From a virus, in IMG/VR virus record IMGVR_UViG_3300010883_025067, positions 1 to 64,000 of that record: a stretch of DNA of 64,000 nt; one strand, given 5' to 3'. Below are positions 30,801 to 39,522 of this stretch, piece by piece. The position numbers were made by a program, and so were the translations under genes. How positions within the stretch are numbered: position 1 is the first letter of the stretch; each line of letters starts with the position of its first letter. The notes below the pieces were generated by a model. The model did not search any database and was not told the origin of the DNA. It was given only the letters and a program-made list of their open reading frames with translations.

Positions 30801-32181
30801 TAGATTAAATGCCAAGTCAGAGAAGATAAAGGGCGAGGCCCAGAAGACTCTTGATGTGATCAATGTTGCATTTTTTAAAACCGCACCAGAAAGTGAATTA
30901 GCTGAGTTGCACTTTAGACAGAATGTTAGAGCGCTGCTATATGAGAATTCTGAAGCATATGAGAGCGCGAAATCATTCACTGAAAAGTCAAGAATCATCT
31001 TTAACATGTTTAAATCACCTGATTTTTTCGGAAGTGACATACAGAAAATAATCAATGTGTCAGGTGCAAATAAGTTAGTCAGACTTGGCTTGGCACCAGG
31101 TGCAGATGATCGTCATGATATCAGTAAGATATTAAATCTTATGTATGATAGCTTATCACCTGATCGTACGAGGGGTATCATCGAGCTTGCACCTGATGAG
31201 CATCCTAATCCCAGTAGCAAGTATCTCGCATATGTCATGCCTGATCTCGATGATCTCATGGTGATTTTTGGAATAGCCGGTGTCACCGGCGGCCAGCGCA
31301 AGGCTGGATATGTGTATGAGATCGATGTGGGTGAGAATCTTAAAGCAGCGGGAATCCAAGCACGAAGCGGAAAGGATAACTCTGTATCTGATGTCTATGT
31401 GCCCATGGTCAGCGGAATGCTTGGTATCGAGGTCAAGTTACCAAATGCTCAAGCTGGAGAGCCCACATTAAAGTATGACTTTGACAAGGGTGAATTCTTT
31501 GCTTCAAACCCTAAGCCGCAAAATCAGGATATTGCAGATCTTATAAATATGGATCCAACAGCACTTGAGGTGAATAGACGTCTGACACTTGTGAGAGATG
31601 TGATAAATGACTATCGGGCTGAGAATGACCTTCCTGAGATAGAGAGCATACTCGCTAAGATAAGCAAAAAGGAGTACAGGGATGTGGTGTTACCCGCTCT
31701 TCGAAGCAAGGGAGAGAATATTTCAGGTGCGTTGCTTGCTGTTTACACTGTTTCAGCAGATATACTTCGGAAATATTACATGCTTAAAAAAGCAGGTGTA
31801 GTCCAGGTGAAGGGAAAGGGATTATTTCACCTGCACCCAGACTTCAAGATAACGTTAACAGATGAGAGCGGCAACAGTAGATCATCAGAGTTTTTTGACT
31901 TCTCACCTGCGCAGGGTGCAGTTTACTTTAGAAATTTCAGAGGTGGGAACTATGGGATTAGATCGCAGCTCAAAAATTCACCACTGCGGAGATTAAAACA
32001 GTCTGGTATTGATCTTGATGCAGAGAGGGATCGCGATGAGTTTGCTAAGCTCGTGTCAACTTTAAATCTTCCAGATCCAATGTCAGTCGCTGCTGAGAGC
32101 TCTTCTGAGCCTACAAATGAGACTGCAATTGTGGCTCGGGCACTAAAGAGCTTAATTTTAAGGTACAATGGAAGAGTCTGA
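27880..32181 (+). CDS. Multidomain protein: HIGH nucleotidyltransferase + ligase-like + Pol-beta NTase + PD-(D/E)xK nuclease
   Basis: GGFKPFTTGH; QEKMDG...EGIVF...YKLTG; VGS..GDID..QVD; SDV..IEVK; ATG overlaps upstream stop. Confidence 0.7.
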   Translation: MKLGLYGGGFKPFTTGHFARLADAIHDNDKVYLFYGMQQVEPARYGKKGQQLKSKQKFRDIGKTGRMYDEKVAESIFQIYKTALERIPEVEVILVQSQARDEQGNLAAVRAPVTAIFKNLEEFVKNPDMYEKVTIYGDKSSMAPYMKSPKFKDLVRVGKLQFGGAIPENPEDYLDPDRLDRLMTRGEEEARDALKGYYADLEGEDRKELSDEDITQLQSVRGTRVRDLAASPETTEEAKRYLPPFLNSDEKDKIIQILLGSIDESLIKPAISEAVVKRAATKFSAIRLLSEQDDKSAVGPGEEAHIYNLYEELGMPLKDIIEIGHLGLKGKLENVQEKMDGQFLAFTVVDGQLRFFTKMDLQSQRAKDKRLESIRAGGPGGGMTLDQIMSAYTGDRSNIADGFAIAYEALEPVALPYQDSLFRNGEVVMASQIMVSKNPNTILYNKDSLRTVLAISLTGEPVNQDALSSFKSEMRDSSTDAFTMDEVPTASLMKGLDEDDSELEQLEKDLESVVAEVGLSISNNTVGDYVNARLEEFIREKYEFIPDDFVPGVADRFMTGKGRIALQLKKVVSPEEYQRFRSLDSVKTRVVQEAIVPLENIIQRLGIMIIDKLDLALQASNQEDLLGFVKDVRGEFESGFNFGLGSEDEKTLEGIRVALARLEANEDLFTRATEGIVFTHNNKTYKLTGLFTPINRLRGFFSYGKAKMPDRGESKDLSETVSKILMKILSEGGKAFKHKDEQGNEIVATSEDSISRQQADRIIQDLEKNLLEPLGIKFLPVGSTATDKQMIGDIDLVVSEPDKGTLYQKMLSAAYLSDELVEGVPRVLKVGQLVAIMVKDAETGQLFQVDLFPSSNMDDTSWELSGGGEGKVKGEYHKLMISLLAKIKGERESTPDRVVKYTVAFPGGLREKVNDIEDESGRIADPDDYLPKLGVQVEDKHSVKIFEDLVSHMVEADTSEFREALERFEEYIGNRLNAKSEKIKGEAQKTLDVINVAFFKTAPESELAELHFRQNVRALLYENSEAYESAKSFTEKSRIIFNMFKSPDFFGSDIQKIINVSGANKLVRLGLAPGADDRHDISKILNLMYDSLSPDRTRGIIELAPDEHPNPSSKYLAYVMPDLDDLMVIFGIAGVTGGQRKAGYVYEIDVGENLKAAGIQARSGKDNSVSDVYVPMVSGMLGIEVKLPNAQAGEPTLKYDFDKGEFFASNPKPQNQDIADLINMDPTALEVNRRLTLVRDVINDYRAENDLPEIESILAKISKKEYRDVVLPALRSKGENISGALLAVYTVSADILRKYYMLKKAGVVQVKGKGLFHLHPDFKITLTDESGNSRSSEFFDFSPAQGAVYFRNFRGGNYGIRSQLKNSPLRRLKQSGIDLDAERDRDEFAKLVSTLNLPDPMSVAAESSSEPTNETAIVARALKSLILRYNGRV

Positions 32182-32449
32182 TCAAGGAATGAATAGAATT
32201 TTAGAGCAGTTACACTTTGTTGCATCCTATGTTGGAGATTCCGATGATTGGGTGACTGTAAAGAAGGAGATTCTTCGAGGAATACCCTCGCCGCTGCGCA
32301 AAAGATTCTCTCGTCGTGATTCGAGAACAAAGGAGCAGTGGTTGAATAATTTTGAGAAGGAGCTAATTATTTACTATAAGGAGCAGACAGGTGTCGACCT
32401 AAAGCTTCGTACACTTGCAGAGAGAAGGGAGATGTTTGGTGTCCTCTGA
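32168..32449 (+). CDS. Hypothetical protein
   Basis: Overlapping operon ORF. Confidence 0.6.
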   Translation: MEESDQGMNRILEQLHFVASYVGDSDDWVTVKKEILRGIPSPLRKRFSRRDSRTKEQWLNNFEKELIIYYKEQTGVDLKLRTLAERREMFGVL

Positions 32450-33209
32450 TCGTGAACAGATAAAGTATATTGTGAGAAACCTCCTTAGTGAGAAAGTCGG
32501 TGATGTGGGTTTCAAGCTAGGCCAGCGTGGTCAGGAAAATAAATTTATGACATTTTTTGAGCTGTACGGACAGGCTCCGGCTAAAAAACAATTACTTTTT
32601 TTCAGAATTCCACAGTCACTAAAAACATTTGTGGGAGCAGCCACGTATTTGACGCTGATTGGAGGAAAGGATGTTGATAGAAAATTGGCTCAACATCTCG
32701 GAGTTGGTAGCGGTGATTTTGCGGCAGATTTTTCAAAAATTCTAGTAGGTATTAAAGAAAAAGGGAATGCAGGATTTAAAGAGGTCTTTCCAACCGTAGC
32801 TAAGCATTTTGCAGAAGTGCCGGGACAGGAGGCTGAGAAACTGAGCATAGGAGATATTTCTGCTTTGAAGGAAAGTGTATCAAGTGACTTAGAGCGTGTC
32901 ACGAGCAAATTGGGTGATATTGCAAATGCTAGTGATTTACAGGAAATTATCACTAAATACGGAAGCTTTGTCGGTGCTGATGTTGATATAAATGAAATCT
33001 CTGACTTTTTGGCAAAGCATAGCGCAGAGATAACAGGTGACTTAGCTGCTCTTGAAGATACACTGAGAAGAAAAGAAATTCCTGAATGGATCGATGACAT
33101 GTTTGGAGAGTGGCGCCAGGGGTTTAATGATCTGATCAAAGACTTTCCAGAGCAAAAAGATAATATGATGGAGATATTTGATCATGCTAGAGAAAAGCTT
33201 TCTCTCTAG
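32439..33209 (+). CDS. Hypothetical protein with LLSE motif
   Basis: GGAG RBS before GTG; IVRNLLSE. Confidence 0.65.
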   Translation: MSSDREQIKYIVRNLLSEKVGDVGFKLGQRGQENKFMTFFELYGQAPAKKQLLFFRIPQSLKTFVGAATYLTLIGGKDVDRKLAQHLGVGSGDFAADFSKILVGIKEKGNAGFKEVFPTVAKHFAEVPGQEAEKLSIGDISALKESVSSDLERVTSKLGDIANASDLQEIITKYGSFVGADVDINEISDFLAKHSAEITGDLAALEDTLRRKEIPEWIDDMFGEWRQGFNDLIKDFPEQKDNMMEIFDHAREKLSL

Positions 33210-33260
33210 CAACTATAAACGTTTCCATTTATAAATGGAATAATTCCGAGGTAGATAGGT

Positions 33261-33614
33261 GTGATGATGAGTGAAAGCAATTGGATTCCTGAGATTCTCT
33301 ATGAGGAAAATTCAGACGGATCAACATCGAATATCCCGTTCGTTATCGTTCCAGTGGAAGAGGAGATGCCCTGTCTTCTCTACATGTTCGAATCTCGGGA
33401 AACGGGTGATTACGAACCGGGTCTTGAGGGAGAGGATGTTCCTGTGTCACAGTGGGATCTGCATCAGTATGCAGACATGACTATTCTGAAGCAAAATTTG
33501 GATGGTTACACATTTGATCTCGTTAGAGTTGCACTAGGTTTGGAGCCTCTTGTCACAGCAGTTCAAAAGGGTCATGCAATTTCTTCTAAGATCAGGCAGA
33601 ATTTAGATGATTAG
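33261..33614 (+). CDS. Hypothetical protein
   Basis: AGGT RBS. Confidence 0.6.
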   Translation: MMMSESNWIPEILYEENSDGSTSNIPFVIVPVEEEMPCLLYMFESRETGDYEPGLEGEDVPVSQWDLHQYADMTILKQNLDGYTFDLVRVALGLEPLVTAVQKGHAISSKIRQNLDD

Positions 33615-33667
33615 TGAGGGATGTTTTTCTCAAAGCTAAATACTTAATCTATGCTGGAGGATAAACA

Positions 33668-34072
33668 ATGAACTTTGATATTAACAGACTTGCTAAGCTT
33701 GCCGGGTTGTCTAGAGATGAACAGGTTGGCATGTTGCAGGAAGCAGGTAATCGTAGCAAGCACGAAGACCCAGGTCTAGAATCACATCTAGATGCTGAAG
33801 GTGGTGAGGATAATCTCAATGAGGATTCACAAGAAGGTGATGAGACGCTTGAGATAGACGATGGAGAGCTTAGTGAAGCAGTAGCACGATTTAAGCAGGA
33901 AAGGCTTGATGAGGCAAGACTTCGTGAGGCTGTGAGGGGAGAGATTCAAAGTATTCTAGACGATCTTGGTGTTTACAGATCTGATAGCTCTTGGGTCTAT
34001 GGTGATGATCAACCTCAGAATAGCAGGAAAGGCATTGTTAATATGATGTTTCCAGGAGTAGGATTTAAGTAG
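33668..34072 (+). CDS. Acidic hypothetical protein (prohead core-like)
   Basis: RLAKLAGL, LQE, LNE, LREAVRGEI motifs; ATACTTA upstream. Confidence 0.65.
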   Translation: MNFDINRLAKLAGLSRDEQVGMLQEAGNRSKHEDPGLESHLDAEGGEDNLNEDSQEGDETLEIDDGELSEAVARFKQERLDEARLREAVRGEIQSILDDLGVYRSDSSWVYGDDQPQNSRKGIVNMMFPGVGFK

Positions 34073-34090
34073 AGACTAGATTTCATCCAG

Positions 34091-34121
34091 CAAAAACAGC
34101 CCGCGATGCGGGCTGTTTTTG
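34091..34121. terminator. Bidirectional Rho-independent terminator
   Basis: CAAAAACAGCCCGC-GAT-GCGGGCTGTTTTTG. Confidence 0.85.
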
Positions 34122-34166
34122 TATATTGCTCAAGTTTTTGCTGTATAATCTGCTCAGGAGTAATGG

Positions 34167-34580
34167 ATGGGTTATCAGGTTGGGCAGGTTGTGTATCTTG
34201 TGTCTAAGAAAGACACTCGAATTTTTCCTGCAATGGTCATTGAGCAAATTTCACGCCGAACACTTGCAGGTGAGGAAGAATCATATATTATTGAGCTTCC
34301 TGATAAAAAAGCGAGTCGAGTTCCTCTTGAGAACATAGATGCAGAGATCTTTGTGTCGCTCGATCTGTTAAAAGCGCATCTCTTGAACGAGGCCACATCG
34401 ACAATTGAAAAAGTTGTTGAAAATGCTGCAACTGTCCAGAAACGAGTATTTAAAAGTGAAGCAACAATTCAGGACTCAGTTTTACAGGATTCTGCTGATA
34501 GTGTTGAAATTGACATGGGTGATGGTGTGAAGGCAAGAGTGAATCTTGAAACTTTGGGCGATGTAAAGATTGCTGAATAG
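34167..34580 (+). CDS. Hypothetical protein with SH3/KOW-like N-terminus
   Basis: AGGAG RBS; YQVGQVVYL. Confidence 0.65.
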   Translation: MGYQVGQVVYLVSKKDTRIFPAMVIEQISRRTLAGEEESYIIELPDKKASRVPLENIDAEIFVSLDLLKAHLLNEATSTIEKVVENAATVQKRVFKSEATIQDSVLQDSADSVEIDMGDGVKARVNLETLGDVKIAE

Positions 34581-34585
34581 GAATA

Positions 34586-36196
34586 ATGATGCAAAATAGC
34601 TTTAAGATTGTTAGGTTTGATATTGATGCCAGAGAGGATCTGCTACGAGGAGTTAATATTTTAGCAGATGCTGTAAGAATAACAATGGGACCTCGTGGTC
34701 GAAATGTTGTGATTGAGCAGCCGGGACAACATCCAATTCTAACCAAGGATGGTGTTACAGTTGCAAGGGCAGTTAATCTTAGAGATTCTTTTTCAAATCT
34801 AGGCGTTCAAATGATTAAGGAGGCTGCATCACGTACTGCTGATGTTGCCGGAGATGGCACAACAACAGCAACTGTGCTATCACAGGCAATTTATGCTGAA
34901 GGTTTAAAGATGCTTGCCGCTGGCTACTCTGCATCAATTATAAAAAAAGGAATAGACTTTGCAGTTCACCAGGTCATTGAAAACTTAAAGAATATCTCTA
35001 TTCCCGCTGCGGGTGATAATGAGATCAGGCAGATTGCAACAATTTCTGCAAACGGAGAAAAAGAGATAGGTGATCTAATATGCAAGGCAATTGAGTCAGT
35101 TGGAAAAGATGGTGTTGTGACAGTTGAGGAGGCCAAGGGATTCAATAGTAGCCTAACAATCGTTGAGGGAATGCAAGTTGAAAGAGGATACCTTTCTCCT
35201 TATTTTGTAACCAACCAGGACAAGATGACAGTAGAGCTTAACGATCCGTATATTCTTCTTTGCAACAAAAAGATAGACAGCATGAAGGAGATAACATTGT
35301 TACTAGAAAAGGTTCTGAATGAACAGCGTAGCTTACTTATTGTTGCAGATGACGTCGATGGAGATGCACTTCAAGGTCTTGTAGTTAATAAAATGAAAGG
35401 GTCACTTAGGATTTGTGCTATCCGTGCTCCAGGGTTTGGTGAATCTCGCGTAAGCATGTTGCAGGACTTAGCTGTAACATTGAATGGAAGGGTATTTACT
35501 GCAGTGTCTGGAGAATCGCTAGAAGGAGTAGAGCTTAAAGATCTTGGTGCATGTAAGAAGGTGATAATAGGAAGAGGTACTTCCGTTTTCATAGGTGGGT
35601 TAGGATCACAAGAAGCAATCAGCGCAAGAGTTCTTGAATTGCAAAGTCAGATGGAGTCTGACAATGCTGATGATGCTGAGGTTGATGCATTGCGACTTAG
35701 AATCTCAAAGCTAAGTGGTGGTGTTGCAATTTTACGCGTGGGCGGTGCAACAGAGTCTGAGTTGCGAGAAAGAAAGGATAGAGTGGATGATGCTCTTAGT
35801 GCAACTCGAGCAGCGATGCAGGAAGGAATTGTACCTGGAGGCGGCGTTGCCCTAGTCAGAGCGTCTGAATTCAAGCTAGACAGATCAGAGAAGCTTGATT
35901 ATGAGGTTGGAACTAATGTGGTTAAAAATGCGTGTCAAGCACCGTTACGACAGATAGTGGAAAATTCAGGTGGCACACCTGATCTCGTGCTGGCAAAGAT
36001 CAAAAGAATGAAGACAAATCACGGATATAACGCACTGACTGATGAATACGGTGATATGCTTGTCATGGGAATCATCGATCCTCTTAAGGTTGTTAGAGCA
36101 GCACTTGAAAATGCAGCATCTGCTGCAGGCATGATGCTAACTGTTGGATGTGCAATGATTGATGACATAAGTGAAGAACAGGGTAACGATTTCTAG
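34586..36196 (+). CDS. groL: Chaperonin GroEL
   Basis: [33 protein letters not shown]; no GGM tail. Confidence 0.96.
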   Translation: MMQNSFKIVRFDIDAREDLLRGVNILADAVRITMGPRGRNVVIEQPGQHPILTKDGVTVARAVNLRDSFSNLGVQMIKEAASRTADVAGDGTTTATVLSQAIYAEGLKMLAAGYSASIIKKGIDFAVHQVIENLKNISIPAAGDNEIRQIATISANGEKEIGDLICKAIESVGKDGVVTVEEAKGFNSSLTIVEGMQVERGYLSPYFVTNQDKMTVELNDPYILLCNKKIDSMKEITLLLEKVLNEQRSLLIVADDVDGDALQGLVVNKMKGSLRICAIRAPGFGESRVSMLQDLAVTLNGRVFTAVSGESLEGVELKDLGACKKVIIGRGTSVFIGGLGSQEAISARVLELQSQMESDNADDAEVDALRLRISKLSGGVAILRVGGATESELRERKDRVDDALSATRAAMQEGIVPGGGVALVRASEFKLDRSEKLDYEVGTNVVKNACQAPLRQIVENSGGTPDLVLAKIKRMKTNHGYNALTDEYGDMLVMGIIDPLKVVRAALENAASAAGMMLTVGCAMIDDISEEQGNDF

Positions 36197-36239
36197 CCTT
36201 TCATCTTTCCCTTGATATTTATGACTGGGATAGCACATT

Positions 36240-36620
36240 ATGTCGAAAGAGTCAAAATTTAGAATGATTGTGAGTCACATTCTTGAAGAGCAGGAAGAAA
36301 TGCGGCTCAAAAGAGATCTTGTCAATGTCACATGCCTTTTGACGATGGTAACAGATGCTCATGTACCCGACACACTTACTCGTATTCGAGTGTTGCCGAC
36401 TGTTTCTGTTGTGGGTCAGAAGGAACCAGTACAAAGAACACCAAAGGGTAAGACCATGCTTGAAATTTACGTCAAGTATCTACCAAGATCTGGTAGTAAC
36501 TACAAAAATTTGCTATCTTTAAGCAAGCTCATCAGGAGATTACCTGGTGTGAAGATAGTTAGAATCTTGACATTGGATGGCAGGAAAGTAACATTCAAAG
36601 GAAACCCAATCGTGGTGTGA
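36240..36620 (+). CDS. Hypothetical protein (possible ferredoxin/ACT-like fold)
   Basis: IRRLPGVKIV; N-terminal ILEE motif. Confidence 0.55.
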   Translation: MSKESKFRMIVSHILEEQEEMRLKRDLVNVTCLLTMVTDAHVPDTLTRIRVLPTVSVVGQKEPVQRTPKGKTMLEIYVKYLPRSGSNYKNLLSLSKLIRRLPGVKIVRILTLDGRKVTFKGNPIVV

Positions 36621-36853
36621 TGAAAAAGCCTAACGCCAGGACAGCAACGATAGTTGCAGCTTATCTGACTGACTTACAATTGGGATTAAGATGGGCAAAG
36701 GCAAATAAAGTAATAAAGTCTGTAGGGATGATCAGAGAGATCGGTTTCAAGTCTGGAAAGCGTTATGCAGTTAAGGTTCGTGTAAGGACTAGCAAGAAAG
36801 ACCTTCGAAATCTTATCAAGGATAAATTTGGAAGCTTCATAAGAGTTGTCTAA
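36617..36853 (+). CDS. Hypothetical basic protein
   Basis: Overlapping operon ORF. Confidence 0.5.
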   Translation: MMKKPNARTATIVAAYLTDLQLGLRWAKANKVIKSVGMIREIGFKSGKRYAVKVRVRTSKKDLRNLIKDKFGSFIRVV

Positions 36854-36912
36854 TACGTGTAAACTTTGCTAATGTGTAGTAATATTAAACTGTATCTAGC
36901 AAGGAGCAATAA

Positions 36913-37137
36913 ATGAGAATGTATAGCTTTAATGAGCTTAGTAAGATGGATGAAAGTGATCTGTCTAGGGTTTATGCAAATTTTACACATAGACTTCGTA
37001 ATAGTCGGCAGGGAGACTCTCGTAGTGAAATCGAGACAGAGCTTTGCTATGTTTATAGAGAGCTTGAATTAAGAAGTTCTCGCAAGATTGCACACATAAA
37101 TTATTTAGCTGCAAAGAATAATAGACAGTCTGCATAG
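36913..37137 (+). CDS. Hypothetical protein
   Basis: AAGGAG RBS; promoter at 36857. Confidence 0.65.
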   Translation: MRMYSFNELSKMDESDLSRVYANFTHRLRNSRQGDSRSEIETELCYVYRELELRSSRKIAHINYLAAKNNRQSA

Positions 37138-37198
37138 TTTTTAGCCTATGGGCCTTTTCACATGTCTGTGTGTGTCTATATTACCATAGTCAAATGAC

Positions 37199-37227
37199 GT
37201 GCAAATAAAAAATAAATAGCGTAAAAT
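37199..37227 (+). promoter_or_regulatory. Promoter GTGCAA-N17-TAAAAT upstream of sigma gene
   Basis: Member of recurrent motif. Confidence 0.6.
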
Positions 37228-37258
37228 AAGATTATCCAACCAAAGAACAGGAACCATA

Positions 37259-38116
37259 ATGTCACAATCACTTGATTCATATTTTAAAGATGTTTCTACA
37301 ACAAATCTTCTTACACGTGAGCAGGAGGTAACTCTCTCACAAAGAATTGAAAAGGGAGATCAGGAAGCAAGAAGAATCATGATCGAGTCCAATTTACGGC
37401 TTGCCATCAGTATTGCTAAAAAATATTACAGAAGCGGATGCAGCATTGAGGATCTGATTCAAGAGTCAAATATCGGACTGATGAAGGCAGTGGAAAAGTT
37501 TGACTGGCGCAGGGGATTTAAGTTCAGTACATACGCTAGCTGGTGGATTAAACAATCTGTTTGTCGTCACATTGGAACAAGTAGAAATACTGTCAAAGTT
37601 CCTGCGCATACAGCATCACTAGCCTGGAAGATTCAAACTGTCTCGAAGGAATATGAGAAAGATCTAGACCAAAAACCGAGCATCACTGAGTTGTCTGATA
37701 TCTTAGGTGTATCTGAGAATATGATCAATGCCAGTCTTGCATCAATCAAGTTTCAGAATATGATTTCTATTGACGGAACAATTGGAAATAAGGATGGTAA
37801 TCGCTCTATTTCTGAAGTTGTCGCTGATTTTAACCAAGTTGATGTTGATGGTGAAATTGACAAAGAAAAGATGCTGCTTGTCGTACGTGACTGCTTACAA
37901 AAGCTCAGTTTGCGTGAGGAGCAAATTCTTCGCTTACGTTTTGGAATTTCAGAGAACTTTAGTGACACAAGTGATTTTGATCTGACAAAATCTGAAGTTA
38001 GAGAAATTTCAAAAAAAGCTAGAGCAATTTCAAAAGAAGCTAGAGCAATTTCAAAAGAAGCTAGAGCAATTTCAAAAAAAGGAGAGAAAGTAAATGTCGA
38101 TGCCAAAGGGATTTAA
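37259..38116 (+). CDS. RpoD/RpoS-like sigma70 factor lacking region 4.2
   Basis: NLRLAISIAKKY, DLIQE.NIGLMKAVEKFD.RRGFKFSTYASWWIKQ, LSLREEQILRLRFGI. Confidence 0.9.
   Translation: MSQSLDSYFKDVSTTNLLTREQEVTLSQRIEKGDQEARRIMIESNLRLAISIAKKYYRSGCSIEDLIQESNIGLMKAVEKFDWRRGFKFSTYASWWIKQSVCRHIGTSRNTVKVPAHTASLAWKIQTVSKEYEKDLDQKPSITELSDILGVSENMINASLASIKFQNMISIDGTIGNKDGNRSISEVVADFNQVDVDGEIDKEKMLLVVRDCLQKLSLREEQILRLRFGISENFSDTSDFDLTKSEVREISKKARAISKEARAISKEARAISKKGEKVNVDAKGI
38000..38081 (+). repeat. About 4 x 21-bp in-frame tandem repeat (ISK[K/E]ARA)
   Basis: AGAGCAATTTCAAAAGAAGCT units. Confidence 0.9.
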
Positions 38117-38378
38117 GACAACACATGGATATGCAACAGTCAGGGCCAATGAAAGCGGCTTGGGTTATCGTGAGATAGCAGAGCACATGACAGAGAAAGG
38201 TGATAAGATGAATCACTCTACAGCTAGAAATATTTTTCTTTCAGCAATGTCTAAATTTGTATCAAACACCTGCTCGCTGTATGATGTTCAACCAACCAGA
38301 GAGGATATCACCCGTATTTCTGCAGACCCAAGATTCCAGTCAGCAATCCTAGATATGATCAAGGACATGGATGCTTGA
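38094..38378 (+). CDS. Small HTH protein resembling sigma region 4.2
   Basis: GLGYREIAEHM...MNHSTARNIFLSAMSKF; own GGAG RBS; overlaps sigma end. Confidence 0.65.
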   Translation: MSMPKGFKTTHGYATVRANESGLGYREIAEHMTEKGDKMNHSTARNIFLSAMSKFVSNTCSLYDVQPTREDITRISADPRFQSAILDMIKDMDA

Positions 38379-38441
38379 ATATCTTAGTTATGATTGCCCA
38401 CAATTACATAATTATTTCTGATGTGATATAAGGAGTTCGTC

Positions 38442-38831
38442 ATGGGAATGAGTTGGGATTTTTTTACTAAGAGAAGGCGGGTTGATCCTGGGACATTTAT
38501 TAAGAAGCATAAGATCAGAACACATGATGATTTTGTGAGTGCTCTTGCTAGAAGGGGTATCTCACCTCCCGCGGAGGAGGTGATTTCTGCTTTGCTTTCA
38601 GAGCACGCTCTTGGAGAAACTGATCTTTGGGATGCTTTTCGTCCTGATGTGCCTAAAGTCTGGGATGATTTTCGACCTGTAGTTCAAGAAGAACCTAAGA
38701 AAAAGTTAGAGTCATCAGATCCCATGAAGAAGGTGACGAAAACAGTGGAAAAGAAGGCAAAGACTAAAACAGCAAAACAGTCGGAAAAGAGACTGAGAAC
38801 ATCCAGAAAAAAGACATCCACAGAAAGCTAA
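38442..38831 (+). CDS. Hypothetical protein with Lys-rich tail
   Basis: AGGAG RBS; short WD.FRP duplication. Confidence 0.65.
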   Translation: MGMSWDFFTKRRRVDPGTFIKKHKIRTHDDFVSALARRGISPPAEEVISALLSEHALGETDLWDAFRPDVPKVWDDFRPVVQEEPKKKLESSDPMKKVTKTVEKKAKTKTAKQSEKRLRTSRKKTSTES

Positions 38832-38848
38832 CAGAGCTATGGGACGGG

Positions 38849-39517
38849 GTGTCACCTGGTTGGCGACATATTAAGCTTGCCGGTGACGCAGTTCGAAAGA
38901 AGAAGTACTACACACAAATGGCATTCCAGAAATGCTTAGACGTGTGTGATTTATCACGAGTGCATTCTGTTCTTGACTGGGGACCAGGATCAGGGTGGAC
39001 GTCAGAAATGTTCTCTCCTGACACATCTATTCACTTTGTTGACGTGTCTAAGGAGGTGCTTGATGTTGCTACAAGATCAATTCCGCGTGCACAGACAGAC
39101 CTTATCTCTGATAAGCCATCATTCAATAGTGTTATTAGAAGCTTGATTCAAAAACGCTTTGATATGATTATCTCATTCTCTGTAATCTATCACTTTCCAT
39201 CATTTGAATATTTTGAAGCGATCGCAACATGCTGGAGAATGATATCACCAGAGTACATCGTCATCAAAACTATGATGTCAGACGTGAACACGTGGCAACG
39301 TTCGTGTTATAAAGAATATGTAGATTCAGAGAATTTTCTCAGAGGGTTGATCTTGTCAGAGTCAGATCTTACTGATCAATTTCCAGAGCACAAAGTAATA
39401 TTTTGTGCTCGTGATATCGACGTAGTGCCTGGGATACTAGGTAGAAAGTCTAAGAAGATAACAGCACAAGGTATGCCTGAATACACATCTGTGCTTTATG
39501 TTTTTCGCAAGGTTTAA
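38849..39517 (+). CDS. Class I SAM-dependent methyltransferase
   Basis: VLDWGPGSG, VDVS, FDMII. Confidence 0.75.
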   Translation: MSPGWRHIKLAGDAVRKKKYYTQMAFQKCLDVCDLSRVHSVLDWGPGSGWTSEMFSPDTSIHFVDVSKEVLDVATRSIPRAQTDLISDKPSFNSVIRSLIQKRFDMIISFSVIYHFPSFEYFEAIATCWRMISPEYIVIKTMMSDVNTWQRSCYKEYVDSENFLRGLILSESDLTDQFPEHKVIFCARDIDVVPGILGRKSKKITAQGMPEYTSVLYVFRKV

Positions 39518-39522
39518 TAAGA

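Noticed and set aside
38060-38116. Programmed frameshift fusing sigma to the HTH ORF at the A-runs
   Set aside because: The HTH frame has a TAA immediately before its ATG and has its own RBS
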